A stretch of DNA of 59,045 bases from a virus. Lineage: Duplodnaviria; Caudoviricetes. Shown here piece by piece: positions 17,666-28,900 of this stretch. Position numbers and translations under genes: made by a program. The stretch's first letter is position 1. The number at the start of each line of letters is the position of its first letter. The notes beneath the pieces were generated by a model. The model was not told the origin of the DNA, did no database searches, and worked only from the letters and a program-made list of their open reading frames with translations. The stretch covers positions 1 to 59,045 of IMG/VR virus record IMGVR_UViG_3300027859_000017; one strand, 5' to 3'.

Positions 17666-20097
17666 AAGATGTAAAAATAAAAATTTCATCTGTAGGGTTT
17701 CCAAGTCAGTTTGTATCGGACGCAGAAAAAGCTACGATGGAATTTGGCTTACAGATTGGTCAAGCCATACAATATGAGTGGTTTAAAAAAGATGGAAATC
17801 AGTGCAGATATTATAATCAATGGAGAGATTTTCATAAACTTCGTTTATACGCAAGAGGAGAGCAGTCAATAAAAAAATACAAAAATGAATTAGCAATTGA
17901 CGGTGATTTGTCTTATCTAAATTTAGACTGGACACCTGTTCCTGTGATACCGAAGTTTGTTGATATAGTAGTTAATGGAATGTCTGACAGGCTTTTCAAA
18001 GTAAAAGCTTATGCGCAAGATGCAATGTCTCAATCAAAAAGAAGCAAGTATCAAGATTTAGTAAAAGGAGAAATGCTTGCAAAACCTACACTTGAAATTA
18101 TACAAAAAGAATCAGGTGTAAATCCTTTTGTTTTACCGCAAGATGATTTACCCCAAACTGATGAAGAACTTTCATTATACATGCAGTTAAACTACAAACC
18201 TGCTATTGAGATTGCTGAGGAAGAAGCAATTAATACAATATTAGAGGAAAATCATTATACAGATTTAAGAAAAAGGCTTGATTATGATTTAACAGTATTG
18301 GGTATATCGGTAGCTAAGCATGAGTTCTTACCAGGAGCTGGAGTTGAAATATCTTATGTAGACCCAGCTAATGTAGTGTATAGTTATACTGAAGACCCTC
18401 ATTTTAAAGATTGTTTTTATTGGGGTGAAATCAAAACTTTACCTATTACTGAACTGGTAAAAATAGACCCAACATTAACTAGAGAACAACTTGAAGAAAT
18501 TAGCAAATACAGTCAAAGTTGGTATGATTATTATAATACTGCGCAGTTTTATGAAAATGATATATTTTACAGAGACACTTGTACTTTAATGTATTTTAAT
18601 TATAAGACCACTAAAAAGATGGTTTATAAGAAAAAATTATTAGAAAGTGGAGGTAGTAAAGTTATAGAAAAAGACGACCAGTTTAATCCACCTGAAGAAA
18701 TGATGGAAGAAGGGAGATTTGAAAAAATTTCAAAAACTATTGATGTTTGGTATAATGGTGTTATGGTTATGGGTACAAACATTATTTTAAAATGGGAGTT
18801 AGCTCAAAATATGGTTAGACCAAAATCAGCAAGTCAACATGCCCTACCTAATTATGTTGCTGTAGCTCCGAGAATGTATAAAGGAGTTATTGAGTCTTTA
18901 GTTAGAAGAATGATACCTTTTACAGATTTGATTCAAATGACGCATTTAAAACTACAACAAGTTATTGCTAGAGTGGTACCAGATGGGGTATATATTGATG
19001 CAGATGGATTAAATGAAGTAGATTTAGGAACAGGTAACGCTTACAACCCTGAAGACGCATTAAGATTATACTTTCAAACAGGTTCTGTTATTGGTAGGTC
19101 GTACACGCAGGAAGGTGAGTTTAATAACGCAAGAGTTCCTATACAGCAATTAACTTCTAATTCAGGAGCGTCAAAAACTCAAATGTTAATTACAAATTAC
19201 AATCATTATCTCAATATGATTAGAACAGTAACAGGTTTAAATGAAGCAAGAGATGCTTCTACACCTGATGCTAATGCTTTAGTTGGGTTGCAAAAACTAG
19301 CAGCATTAAATTCAAACACGGCTACTAGACATATTTTAGACGGCAGTCTTTATATATATAGAAGTATATCTGAAGCACTTACTTATAGGGTTGCTGATAT
19401 ATTAGAATATGCAGATTTTAAAGATGATTTTGTAAATAAAATTGGAAAATTTAATGTAAGTATTCTTAATGATATATCCGATTTATATGTATATGACTTT
19501 GGTATTTTTATTGAAGTTGCTCCAGATGAAGAGGAAAAAGCTAAACTAGAGCAGAATATTCAAATGGCTCTTTCAAAACAAGATATTAACTTAGAAGATG
19601 CTATAGATATTAGAGAAATTAAAAATATAAAATTAGCCAACCAATTATTAAAATTAAAAAGAAAACAAAAAGAAGAACAACTACAGCAACGAGAAATGAA
19701 GAAACAAGCTATGGTTGCTCAACAACAAATCCAATCTCAGCAAATGGCCTCACAAGCTGCTATGCAAAAACAACAGGCTGAAATTCAAGGAAAAATTCAA
19801 TTAAAACAAGCAGAAATAGCGTTTGAAATTGAAAAACAAAAAAATGAAGCCGTATTAAAAAGCCAGTTGATGCAGCAAGAATTTGATTACAATCAACAGC
19901 TTAGAGATATTTCAGAGCAAGGTTTGTCAAAAAGAGAAAAGTCAAGAGAAAAAGCTAAGTCTGATAGAATCAGTCAACAAAATTCTGAACAATCTCAGCT
20001 GATATCACAGAGAAAAAACAATTTACCTCCTCAAAGATTTGAATCCAATGAAGACTCACTTGATGGATTCGATTTAGCAGAATTTGAACCAAAATAG
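17662..20097 (+). CDS. Portal protein
   Basis: 811 aa after terL; IPKFVDIVVNG motif, Gln-rich C-terminal coiled coil (barrel). Confidence 0.85.
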   Translation: MKDVKIKISSVGFPSQFVSDAEKATMEFGLQIGQAIQYEWFKKDGNQCRYYNQWRDFHKLRLYARGEQSIKKYKNELAIDGDLSYLNLDWTPVPVIPKFVDIVVNGMSDRLFKVKAYAQDAMSQSKRSKYQDLVKGEMLAKPTLEIIQKESGVNPFVLPQDDLPQTDEELSLYMQLNYKPAIEIAEEEAINTILEENHYTDLRKRLDYDLTVLGISVAKHEFLPGAGVEISYVDPANVVYSYTEDPHFKDCFYWGEIKTLPITELVKIDPTLTREQLEEISKYSQSWYDYYNTAQFYENDIFYRDTCTLMYFNYKTTKKMVYKKKLLESGGSKVIEKDDQFNPPEEMMEEGRFEKISKTIDVWYNGVMVMGTNIILKWELAQNMVRPKSASQHALPNYVAVAPRMYKGVIESLVRRMIPFTDLIQMTHLKLQQVIARVVPDGVYIDADGLNEVDLGTGNAYNPEDALRLYFQTGSVIGRSYTQEGEFNNARVPIQQLTSNSGASKTQMLITNYNHYLNMIRTVTGLNEARDASTPDANALVGLQKLAALNSNTATRHILDGSLYIYRSISEALTYRVADILEYADFKDDFVNKIGKFNVSILNDISDLYVYDFGIFIEVAPDEEEKAKLEQNIQMALSKQDINLEDAIDIREIKNIKLANQLLKLKRKQKEEQLQQREMKKQAMVAQQQIQSQQMASQAAMQKQQAEIQGKIQLKQAEIAFEIEKQKNEAVLKSQLMQQEFDYNQQLRDISEQGLSKREKSREKAKSDRISQQNSEQSQLISQRKNNLPPQRFESNEDSLDGFDLAEFEPK

Positions 20098-20124
20098 CTG
20101 AAAAAAATAAACGATATTTATTAT

Positions 20125-20132
20125 TACCTTTG
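20125..20132 (+). promoter_or_regulatory. Bacteroidota -7 box TACCTTTG
   Basis: Intergenic, upstream of scaffold/capsid genes. Confidence 0.65.
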
Positions 20133-20150
20133 TAACTAAAATTAAATCAA

Positions 20151-21257
20151 ATGGAATTAAAAGTAAAAGCCTTAGATGGCGTAGAAGAAAAATCTGTTCA
20201 AGAAGTTGAACAAGAACTGCTTGATAAAGCAGAAGATAAACCACAGGAGGAAACTCAGGTGGAAGAAAAAATAGAGTCAGAGGCTAAAGTAGAAAATGAA
20301 ACTTTAGAGCCAAGTACTCCAGCTCAATCCTCAGAGTTAAACGAGGAAGACGTTCTTTCATATATTAAAAAAAGATACGATAAGCAGATAGACTCTGTTG
20401 AGCAACTCTTTGAAACTAAAGAAGAAAATAAAGAATTGCCAGAAGATGTAGCTGCTTATTTAGACTATAAAGAAAAAACAGGACGTGGAATTAACGATTA
20501 TGTTAAATTAAATAGAGATTTTAATTCCATGAATGAAGAGTCTTTGCTAAAAGAATATTATTTAGCCACTGAACAAGCTTTAGATGAGGAAGATTTAGAT
20601 ATATTTCTCAGTGAGTTTGACTTTGATGCGGAAGTTGATGAGGAAAAAGAGGTTAAAAAAATTAAGTTAGCAAAGAAGAAGGCAATTGCAAAAGCTAAAA
20701 AGTTTTTCAATGAACAAAAGGAGATGTATAAACAACCACTTGAGTCAAGAACGGTTGGAGTTTCTAAAGAGGACAAAGAAGCACTAGAAGCATATCAGCA
20801 ATATGTAAAAAAGTCTAAGACTTATGAGGAAGAAACTAGCAAAAAACGTGATTGGTTTTTAACCAAAACGAAAGAAGTTTTTAATGATTTCAAAGGTTTT
20901 GATTTCAAAATAAATGAAGACAAAGTTGTTAGTTACAAGCCTACAAACGTAGACGAGTTAAAAGAATCTAATTCAGATGTAAATAAATTTTTTACAAAAT
21001 TCATGAATAAAGAAGGTTTACTCGAAGACGCTAAGGGTTTTCATAAGGCATTGACTATAGCACAAAATCCTGAAAGATTTGCAAAGTTTTTTTACGAGCA
21101 AGGTCTTTCAGATGCAACAGAGGATGTTACTCGTAAAATTAAAAATGTAAATATGAGTGATAGAAAAACCCCTGAAATTGCAAAAAAGGATGGAGTGCAA
21201 ATTAGAGCGTTAAACCAAAGCTCAGGCCGAGGTTTGCGCATTAAAAGTAAAAAGTAA
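20151..21257 (+). CDS. Probable capsid scaffolding protein
   Basis: Acidic helical protein between portal and major capsid. Confidence 0.65.
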   Translation: MELKVKALDGVEEKSVQEVEQELLDKAEDKPQEETQVEEKIESEAKVENETLEPSTPAQSSELNEEDVLSYIKKRYDKQIDSVEQLFETKEENKELPEDVAAYLDYKEKTGRGINDYVKLNRDFNSMNEESLLKEYYLATEQALDEEDLDIFLSEFDFDAEVDEEKEVKKIKLAKKKAIAKAKKFFNEQKEMYKQPLESRTVGVSKEDKEALEAYQQYVKKSKTYEEETSKKRDWFLTKTKEVFNDFKGFDFKINEDKVVSYKPTNVDELKESNSDVNKFFTKFMNKEGLLEDAKGFHKALTIAQNPERFAKFFYEQGLSDATEDVTRKIKNVNMSDRKTPEIAKKDGVQIRALNQSSGRGLRIKSKK

Positions 21258-21286
21258 TATTAATAAATTAAAAAAAATTTAAAATT

Positions 21287-22735
21287 ATGGCAGGTTCAGT
21301 TCAAGCAACTCCAGGATTTGATTTGCAGCCATCATCACAACAGGTGCCATTGGCTACAAATTATATCACAAACTTTAACTTCTTAAATCAGTATCTACCA
21401 GATACTTATGAAAAGGAGTTTGAAAGATACGGAAACAGAACAATTAGTTCGTTTCTAAGACTAGTAGGTGCGGAGCTTCCTTCAAATTCTGACTTAGTAA
21501 AATGGGCAGAACAAGGTAGACTTCACACTAAATACTCAAGTGTAGGTTCAGCGGCATCAGCAGCTGCTGACTCAGCTACATTTCAAGTAAATGACACAGG
21601 TGTTCCAGCATTCAGTGCAAGCAATGGTATCGCATTAAGACCAGGACAAACAGTTGTTATTGTTCAAAATGGCGGTACAGGTGTAAACAAAGGTATTGTT
21701 ACAGCAGTAGATGTTACTAACAATCAATTTACAGCAGCTTTTTATGAAGCAGGTGGTTTAGTAACCGCTGGTACAGGTGTAGGTAACGCTGACGTTACAG
21801 TATTTATTTATGGTTCTGAGTTTAAAAAAGGTACAGTTGGAATGTCTGGTTCATTAGAAGCAGATGATGTAATTTTTGATAACTCACCAATTATCATAAA
21901 AGATAAATACTCAGTAAGTGGTTCAGATATGGCTCAAATTGGGTGGATAGAAGTAACTACAGAAAATGGTGCTACAGGATACTTATGGTATCTAAAATCA
22001 GAGCATGAAACAAGATTAAGATTTGATGATTATCTTGAAACAGCAATGATTGAAGCAGTTCCAGCTGAGGCTAACTCAGGTGTAGTTGACGCATCAGCTA
22101 ACCCAACATACGGTAACAAAGGTTCCGATGGTATTTTCTATGTTGTACAAAACAGAGGAAATGTATGGGGTGGTGGAAACCCATCTACTCTAACTGAGTT
22201 TGATTCAGTTATTGGAAGATTAGATAAGCAAGGTGCTATTGAAGAAAATGTAATTTTCTTAAACAGAGATTTCAGCTTTGATATCGATGATATGTTAGCG
22301 TCAACAAATTCTTATGGAGCAAACGGTACTTCTTATGGTTTATTTGATAATGATTCAGAAATGGCTCTTAATCTAGGATTCACTGGATTTAGAAGAGGCT
22401 ACGACTTTTATAAGTCTGACTGGAAATATCTAAATGACCCAACAATGAGAGGTGGTTTACCATCAGGAGCAAATTCAGGTACAATCAATGGACTATTAGT
22501 TCCAGCAGGTTCTACTTCTGTTTATGACCAAATCTTAGGTAAGAATGCAAAAAGACCATTCTTACATGTAAGATATAGAGCGTCAGAAACTGAAGATAGA
22601 AAATACAAAACTTGGATTACAGGTTCTGCGGGTGGAGCTATGAATAGCGATTTAGACGCTATGGAGGTTCACTTCTTATCTGAAAGATGTGTATGTACTA
22701 TGGGTGCAAACAACTTCTTCATTTTTGAAGACTAA
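21287..22735 (+). CDS. Major capsid protein
   Basis: 482 aa, position after scaffold, WAEQGRLH motif, followed by strong terminator. Confidence 0.85.
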   Translation: MAGSVQATPGFDLQPSSQQVPLATNYITNFNFLNQYLPDTYEKEFERYGNRTISSFLRLVGAELPSNSDLVKWAEQGRLHTKYSSVGSAASAAADSATFQVNDTGVPAFSASNGIALRPGQTVVIVQNGGTGVNKGIVTAVDVTNNQFTAAFYEAGGLVTAGTGVGNADVTVFIYGSEFKKGTVGMSGSLEADDVIFDNSPIIIKDKYSVSGSDMAQIGWIEVTTENGATGYLWYLKSEHETRLRFDDYLETAMIEAVPAEANSGVVDASANPTYGNKGSDGIFYVVQNRGNVWGGGNPSTLTEFDSVIGRLDKQGAIEENVIFLNRDFSFDIDDMLASTNSYGANGTSYGLFDNDSEMALNLGFTGFRRGYDFYKSDWKYLNDPTMRGGLPSGANSGTINGLLVPAGSTSVYDQILGKNAKRPFLHVRYRASETEDRKYKTWITGSAGGAMNSDLDAMEVHFLSERCVCTMGANNFFIFED

Positions 22736-22743
22736 TATTTAAT

Positions 22744-22780
22744 AAAAGAAGGGGTGTCTTTAAAGACACCTCCTCTTTTT
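22744..22780 (+). terminator. Intrinsic terminator whose stem is the 16-bp palindrome
   Basis: AAAAGAAGGGGTGTCTTTAAAGACACCTCCTCTTTTT after the capsid stop; palindrome copy at 22754-22769. Confidence 0.75.
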
Positions 22781-22804
22781 AATTTTAAAATTTAATTAAA
22801 TCAA

Positions 22805-23551
22805 ATGAAAAAAAACGAAATATATGTAGACAAGCTCTACAGACTTACAAAAGAGGCAGCACCACTTTCTTTTATGTTGCCAACAAGAAACTCTAAAAGA
22901 TTCCCTTTATTATACTTTGATGAAGAACTAGGAGAAAACAGAGCATTAAGATATGCTAGAAATCAAAGGTCTCCATTTGAAGACGAACAAGATGGAAATG
23001 CAATAGTTGAACCTGTAATTTTTGAAGACGGGTTTTTAACTGTTCCTAGAACAAATCAAGTTTTACAAAAATTTTTACACTATCATCCTTATAACGGCAA
23101 AAGATTTATTGAAGTAAATGAATCCAAAACAGCTGAAGTAGAGATAGAAAGTTTAAATTTAGAGGTAGACGCATTGATGCAAGCTAAAGAATTAACTATG
23201 GAGCAATCCGAAACTTTATATAGAGTACTCTTTGCTCAAGACCCATCAATGATTTCGTCTGCTGAATTAAAAAGAGATTTATTAATTTATGCAAAAAAAC
23301 AGCCAAAGATATTTTTAGAAGCTATTAGCGACCCAATGTTGAAGCTTCAATCAACTGTGCAAAGTTTTTTTGATAACAAATTTTTATCTTTCAGAAATAA
23401 CAAAAGAGATGTTTACTTTAACTTAGAGTCTAATAAGAAAAAACTTATGACTATTCCTTATGGTGAAGACCCAATTGATATATTATGTAGTTATTTTAAA
23501 TCAGACGAAGGAGTAGAAATATTAAAATTTTTAGAAAAGAAAGCTAAGTAA
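22805..23551 (+). CDS. Hypothetical protein of the structural module
   Basis: 248-aa ORF after capsid gene. Confidence 0.75.
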   Translation: MKKNEIYVDKLYRLTKEAAPLSFMLPTRNSKRFPLLYFDEELGENRALRYARNQRSPFEDEQDGNAIVEPVIFEDGFLTVPRTNQVLQKFLHYHPYNGKRFIEVNESKTAEVEIESLNLEVDALMQAKELTMEQSETLYRVLFAQDPSMISSAELKRDLLIYAKKQPKIFLEAISDPMLKLQSTVQSFFDNKFLSFRNNKRDVYFNLESNKKKLMTIPYGEDPIDILCSYFKSDEGVEILKFLEKKAK

Positions 23552-23642
23552 TAATATTTTTGTATATTTAATAAGTGTTATTCATAATAAAAGAAATGTT
23601 TATTTAGAATAATTATTATTTTATTAGTTGTTTTATAAGAAG

Positions 23643-23670
23643 AAGAGGTTAAAATAACCTCTTTTTTTTT
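23643..23670 (+). terminator. Intrinsic terminator
   Basis: AAGAGGTTA-AAA-TAACCTCTT plus T-tract. Confidence 0.8.
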
Positions 23671-23673
23671 GCG

Positions 23674-23681
23674 TATATTTG
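23674..23681 (+). promoter_or_regulatory. Bacteroidota -7 box TATATTTG
   Basis: Immediately after terminator, upstream of ATG 23712. Confidence 0.6.
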
Positions 23682-23711
23682 TACTATTGTTTAATTAAAA
23701 AAAACTTTATT

Positions 23712-23999
23712 ATGGCAAAGTATATTTCAATTGTTACAGCTAGTGGTGTAGAACACATTCCGTGTGAATCAGGTTTATATGTGGAGCGTAATAGTGCAAC
23801 TAGAATGGATATCTATTTAGCAGGAGCAGTTTCTCATCATTTAAGATGCGTAACAGTTGCTTCCACGTTTGCTTTAGTTCAAGCGATTCAAGATGCATTA
23901 GTAATTTCTGCGGAAACATCCAATCTTAAATCGGTTACACCAGTCGCTATCCCTAGTGGACAATCAGTAACATCTATTACAATGACTGCATTTGCATAA
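23712..23999 (+). CDS. Hypothetical protein (95 aa)
   Basis: Start reassigned to ATG 23712 (MAKYISI...) downstream of the promoter; has its own terminator. Confidence 0.7.
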   Translation: MAKYISIVTASGVEHIPCESGLYVERNSATRMDIYLAGAVSHHLRCVTVASTFALVQAIQDALVISAETSNLKSVTPVAIPSGQSVTSITMTAFA

Positions 24000-24023
24000 T
24001 TTATTGTAGTGATTTTAAAAGAC

Positions 24024-24055
24024 AAGAGGCTAAAAAAAATAGCCTCTTTTTTTTT
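24024..24055 (+). terminator. Intrinsic terminator
   Basis: AAGAGGCTA-loop-TAGCCTCTT plus T-tract. Confidence 0.8.
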
Positions 24056-24058
24056 AGT

Positions 24059-24066
24059 TATCTTTG
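24059..24066 (+). promoter_or_regulatory. Bacteroidota -7 box TATCTTTG
   Basis: After terminator, upstream of ATG 24084. Confidence 0.65.
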
Positions 24067-24083
24067 TATAAAGAATTTGAAAT

Positions 24084-25025
24084 ATGATAAATTCAGTAAG
24101 AAATACTGTGCTGGCGATACTTAATAAAAACAACTATGGATATCTTTCGCCATCTGATTTTAATTTGTTTGCAAAACAAGCTCAATTAGATATTTTTGAA
24201 GATTATTTTTATCAGTACAATTATCAATTAAGTAAAGAAAATGCTCGTCAATCAGGAACGGGTTATGCAGATATAACAAAAGGTTATGAAGAAGTTATTG
24301 ATATATTCTCTGTTACTGATTTTTTAATACACGATAGCGCAAATAGTTTTTTTACACCTAGTCCTTTAACTACGGGTAATGACTTCTATCTTTTAAACAA
24401 GATATTATGTTATACAAGGTTATTAGCTAGTGGAAGTAATACAGCGGTAGTGGCTAATCAATTGCAAGATGCAGGAGCTACATTTAGTAGTGCAGGAGTA
24501 CAAATAGGCGATATAGTGTCAAATACAACAACAAATAAAACAGCAACAGTAACTAGTGTTACTAATACTAATTTAGGTTTATCAGCAGATATTTTTACCG
24601 CAACTCCTGAAACCTATGTGGTTTATGATGATGCTGTAGTGAATGAAGCAGAAAAAGTTACTAATAGCAAAATAACAATGCTTAACAACTCTATGCTTAC
24701 AGCTCCTAGTGATTTGTTTCCAGCATACACTCAACAAGCTAGTAAACTCACAATTTTTCCTGCCACCATAAATAATATGGGCGCAGTACAATGTCAATAT
24801 ATCAGGTATCCTAAACCCCCAAAATGGACCTATGTGTCTTTAACTGGAGGTGAGCCTGTATTTGATGACTCTCAATCTGATTATCAAGATTTTGAATTGA
24901 CTCAAGACGATGAACCATCACTTGTTATGAAAATATTACAGTTTGCTGGTATGTCTATCAGAGAAATACAAGCCGTTCAATTTGGGCAGGCACAAGAACA
25001 ATTAGAAAATCAAAATGAAAAATAA
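24084..25025 (+). CDS. Probable tail adaptor/ring protein
   Basis: GYLSPSDFNLFAKQAQLDIF, YIRYPKPPKW; position in podovirus tail module. Confidence 0.6.
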   Translation: MINSVRNTVLAILNKNNYGYLSPSDFNLFAKQAQLDIFEDYFYQYNYQLSKENARQSGTGYADITKGYEEVIDIFSVTDFLIHDSANSFFTPSPLTTGNDFYLLNKILCYTRLLASGSNTAVVANQLQDAGATFSSAGVQIGDIVSNTTTNKTATVTSVTNTNLGLSADIFTATPETYVVYDDAVVNEAEKVTNSKITMLNNSMLTAPSDLFPAYTQQASKLTIFPATINNMGAVQCQYIRYPKPPKWTYVSLTGGEPVFDDSQSDYQDFELTQDDEPSLVMKILQFAGMSIREIQAVQFGQAQEQLENQNEK

Positions 25026-25031
25026 TAAATT

Positions 25032-25955
25032 ATGGCATATATAAGTCAATATCAATATTATGAAAATTCCGGATTAAGTCCTGAAAGTGCAAATTGGGGC
25101 TCATATCAATATGTGAGCTTGTATGATATTGTAAATAATTTTATGTTAATGTATGCTGGCAATCATAGTTTAGTTAACAATGAGCAAAGATTTAAAGTTT
25201 TATTTCATGCAAAAAGAGCAATCCAAGAGTTAAATTATGATGCATTTAAGGAAATAAAAATATTAGAATTACAAGTTTCAGACACTTTAAAATATGTTTT
25301 ACCACCAGATTATGTAAACTGGGTTCGAGTCTCTTTGTATGAAAATGGATGTTTAAAACCTCTTACAGAAAATATACAAACAAATTATTCTGACGCTTAT
25401 TTACAAGACAATAAATACAGGATTTTGTTTGATGAAGATGGAAGTGTATTGAATCCTGAAACTTCTCAAATTGATTATGACAGAATAACAGGTGTTAAAA
25501 AAAGTATTTATTTAAATCAAGATAGTCCTTTTGATAATACAGAAGGTTATTATTACGATGGTCTATGGTATTTTGATTATACCATTGGTTCTCAATTTGG
25601 TTTGAATACCGAAACAGCCAACTTCAATGCTACATTCAAAATTGACAGCAAGAATGGTGTGATTAATTTTAGTTCTGATATGTCAGATAAGTTTTGTATT
25701 GTAGAATATGTTTCTGATGGGATGGAAAATGGGAAAAACAGTAAAATAACTGTGAATAAAATGTTTGAAGAATATGTATATGCATATATTGAGTTTGCTA
25801 TTTTAAATTCCAAATTAGGTGTTCAAGAGTACATAGTAACAAGAGCAAGAAAAAGAAAACAAGCTCTTTTAAGAAATGCAAAAATTAGAATTAGCAATAT
25901 ACATCCTGGAAGATTATTAATGAATTTAAGAGGCCAGGCTAAATGGATAAAGTAA
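25032..25955 (+). CDS. Probable tail ring/tubular protein
   Basis: LPPDYVNWVRV motif; precedes stabilisation protein. Confidence 0.6.
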   Translation: MAYISQYQYYENSGLSPESANWGSYQYVSLYDIVNNFMLMYAGNHSLVNNEQRFKVLFHAKRAIQELNYDAFKEIKILELQVSDTLKYVLPPDYVNWVRVSLYENGCLKPLTENIQTNYSDAYLQDNKYRILFDEDGSVLNPETSQIDYDRITGVKKSIYLNQDSPFDNTEGYYYDGLWYFDYTIGSQFGLNTETANFNATFKIDSKNGVINFSSDMSDKFCIVEYVSDGMENGKNSKITVNKMFEEYVYAYIEFAILNSKLGVQEYIVTRARKRKQALLRNAKIRISNIHPGRLLMNLRGQAKWIK

Positions 25956-25956
25956 T

Positions 25957-28900
25957 ATGGCCAACATACAAAGAAATTTTATTGCAGGACGAATGAATAA
26001 AGGCGTTGATGAACGCCTTGTCCCAAATGGAGAATACATAGATGCTTTAAATGTTAGGTTAGGTTCAACTGAAGAAACTGAAATAGGTTCAGTAGAGAAC
26101 TCAAAAGGAAACGAACAGCTTACGCAACTTCAATTTAATGGCACGGCATTAAGCAGTAATGCTAAGTGTATTGGAGCTTACGAAGATGGTGCTAATGAAA
26201 CGATATATTGGTTCATACATGATTCCTCATTTAGTGTGGGAGCTACAGGAAAATTAGATTTAATTGTTTCTTATAAAACAGATACAAGTACTCTTACCTA
26301 TCATGTAATAAGCATAGATGATGGTAATGGGGCTAATACTACTTTAAACTTTAACCCTTCATATTTAATGAATGGAATAAACTTAGTAGATGATTTATTA
26401 TTGTTTACGGATAATAATAACGCTCCTAGGTTTATTAATATTACAAGAAATTATACTAATCCATCTTCAAACATAGACCAGTTTAGCGCAGAAAGTTTAT
26501 TGGTTATAAAAAAACCACCAATTACTTCTCTAACAGTTCAAACTGTATCTACTAATTCCCAAGAGAATTTATTAGAAGATAAGTTTTTATCGTTTGCATA
26601 CAGATATAAATATGAAGACAATGAATATTCAGCTACTTCACAGTTTAGTGCTCCAGCTTTTATTCCTAAACCTTTTAATTTTACTACAGAATCTTATACA
26701 AATGATGGTTTTGAGAATTTAGTAAACCAAGCAAATATTACGTTTAATTCAGGTGGTCCTTTGGTAAAAGAGATAGAACTTTTATACAAAGACATGAATA
26801 GTAATATTATTAAGTCTATAGAAAAGTTAAATAAACTTGACCTTGGGTATGCAGATAATACAGATTATGTATATAATTTTGCATCAAATAAAATATTTAC
26901 TTTATTACCTGAAAGTGAAATACTCAGGCTTTATGACAATGTTCCTTTAAAAGCTAAAGCTCAAACCTTAATGGGTAATAGATTAATTTATGGAAACTAT
27001 ATAGAAGGATATGATTTAGTAGATGCTAATAATCAACCCGTAAAATTTGAATATGACACCAGTTTAGTTACGAATGAAATTGCAGAAGAAACTCTTACGG
27101 ATACAACCAGTAATGGAAGTTATAGTTATGATGGCTCAGTAACCGTTACTAATTCTATAGTAAGTTTTGATTTATCAGGATTAGAATTAGTGCAAGGAGC
27201 TTCATTAAATTTTACCATTAGATTTGAGCATTCTCAATTTACAGGAGGTGCAACTCCTACAGACCAAACTGGTTCCACTAGTATTGAGTTTAATTATATT
27301 TTACCACAAGCTTTTTCTTCAGTATATCAGCTGGCTAGCAGTGCAGATTTTCAAGAAAAAATTGGTACAGCATCTAACATACTTCCAGTATATCATGCTT
27401 CTAATCCAACTTCTTGTAGTGGAGAAACTTTTACAGATGAATTTAATTGTGCTATACCAGGTACATTAGATACTTATAACAAGTTTGATAGTGGTATTAC
27501 AGGAGGGGGACAACCTTTAAGTATTATTACTTCTACTTCAAGCGACAGCATTGGTATTCAACTCTTAGCCGTAAGGTTTGTAGATAATGTAACCACACCT
27601 ACAGTAAATGTTTACGAGTATTATCAAATTACATTTGCAGAAGGAGGGTATTCTAAAATAGCTAATTCAACCAGTTTACACAGTGATAGAGATTATGAAG
27701 TTGGTATTGTTTATATGGATGATTATAATAGAGCTACTACAGCTTTAGTAAGTGAAAATAATTCTATTCACGTTCCGTGTTCAAATTCAATTACACAAAA
27801 TATCGCAAGAGTAACTATTCCAAGTCAACAAATAGCACCATACTGGGCAACAAGATATAAGTTTGTTTTGAAGCCAGATAGAGAAGATTATGAAACAATT
27901 TATAGTAATATATTTTTCTACTCAACTCAAGAGAATGCTACATATTTTTTATTAGAAGGAGAAAATCAAAGTAAGGTTGAAATAGGAGATAGATATAAAG
28001 TAAAGTCAGATACTGAAGGACCTGTGCTTAGATGCACCTATACAACAGTGTTAGACAAAAAAGCATTAGACAGTACGTCTAAAGAATTTGACCCTGCGCC
28101 TACAGATAGTACGGGAAATGCTATTACAGTTCCTACAGGAACCTATATGAAAATAAGAGCTAATAATTTTACAGCTGAAAGAGATGATAATCAATCTTTG
28201 ACTTTATCAGATTCACAAACCCAAAAAAATGGTGATAGCTTTGTTATATTACAAAATCTGTTAACAAGAGAGTATAATAGTACTACTTCTCAATACGATG
28301 AAGTAACTATTCCAGCAGGTTCTATAATTGTAATTAATTTAGAGTTTGATAGACCGGGTAGAAATGGACCTTTTGCGTGTCCAGAAATAAACTATAAAAT
28401 TGATGATTTATCATTAGTAGCTTCACAAGACTATACGAGTTTTAAAGACTGGTTTGAAGGAGATAATGTAATTGCCTCTATTAATAATGCTGGAGTAGAA
28501 ACTTTAGAAACAACTTGTACGCCAGATGGTTTAGAAAGTATTTATGAACCAGCTGCTGCTACTTCTAACACAGATATTTCTACGGCTTTGTGTAACATGT
28601 ATTATAAATTTTACACACTTGGAGCAACAGATAAACAATTTTTACTAATATCAGGAACAAGGTCTTGTGAGGGCTCAAGAACATTTAGAAAAAACAGAGC
28701 TAGTATTACAGCTAGATTTGACATAACAAGAGCAACTCAGCTCTGTGTTTTTGAAACTAATCCGTCTTCAGAATCTTTAGATTTATGGTACGAGTCTTCT
28801 ACCTCTTATTCTATAAACGCTAATGGAAATCATTCTGGAAATGTACAGAATCAAAATATTAGCACAGGACAATCAGGTATTGTAGATACAGCTTTCTTTA

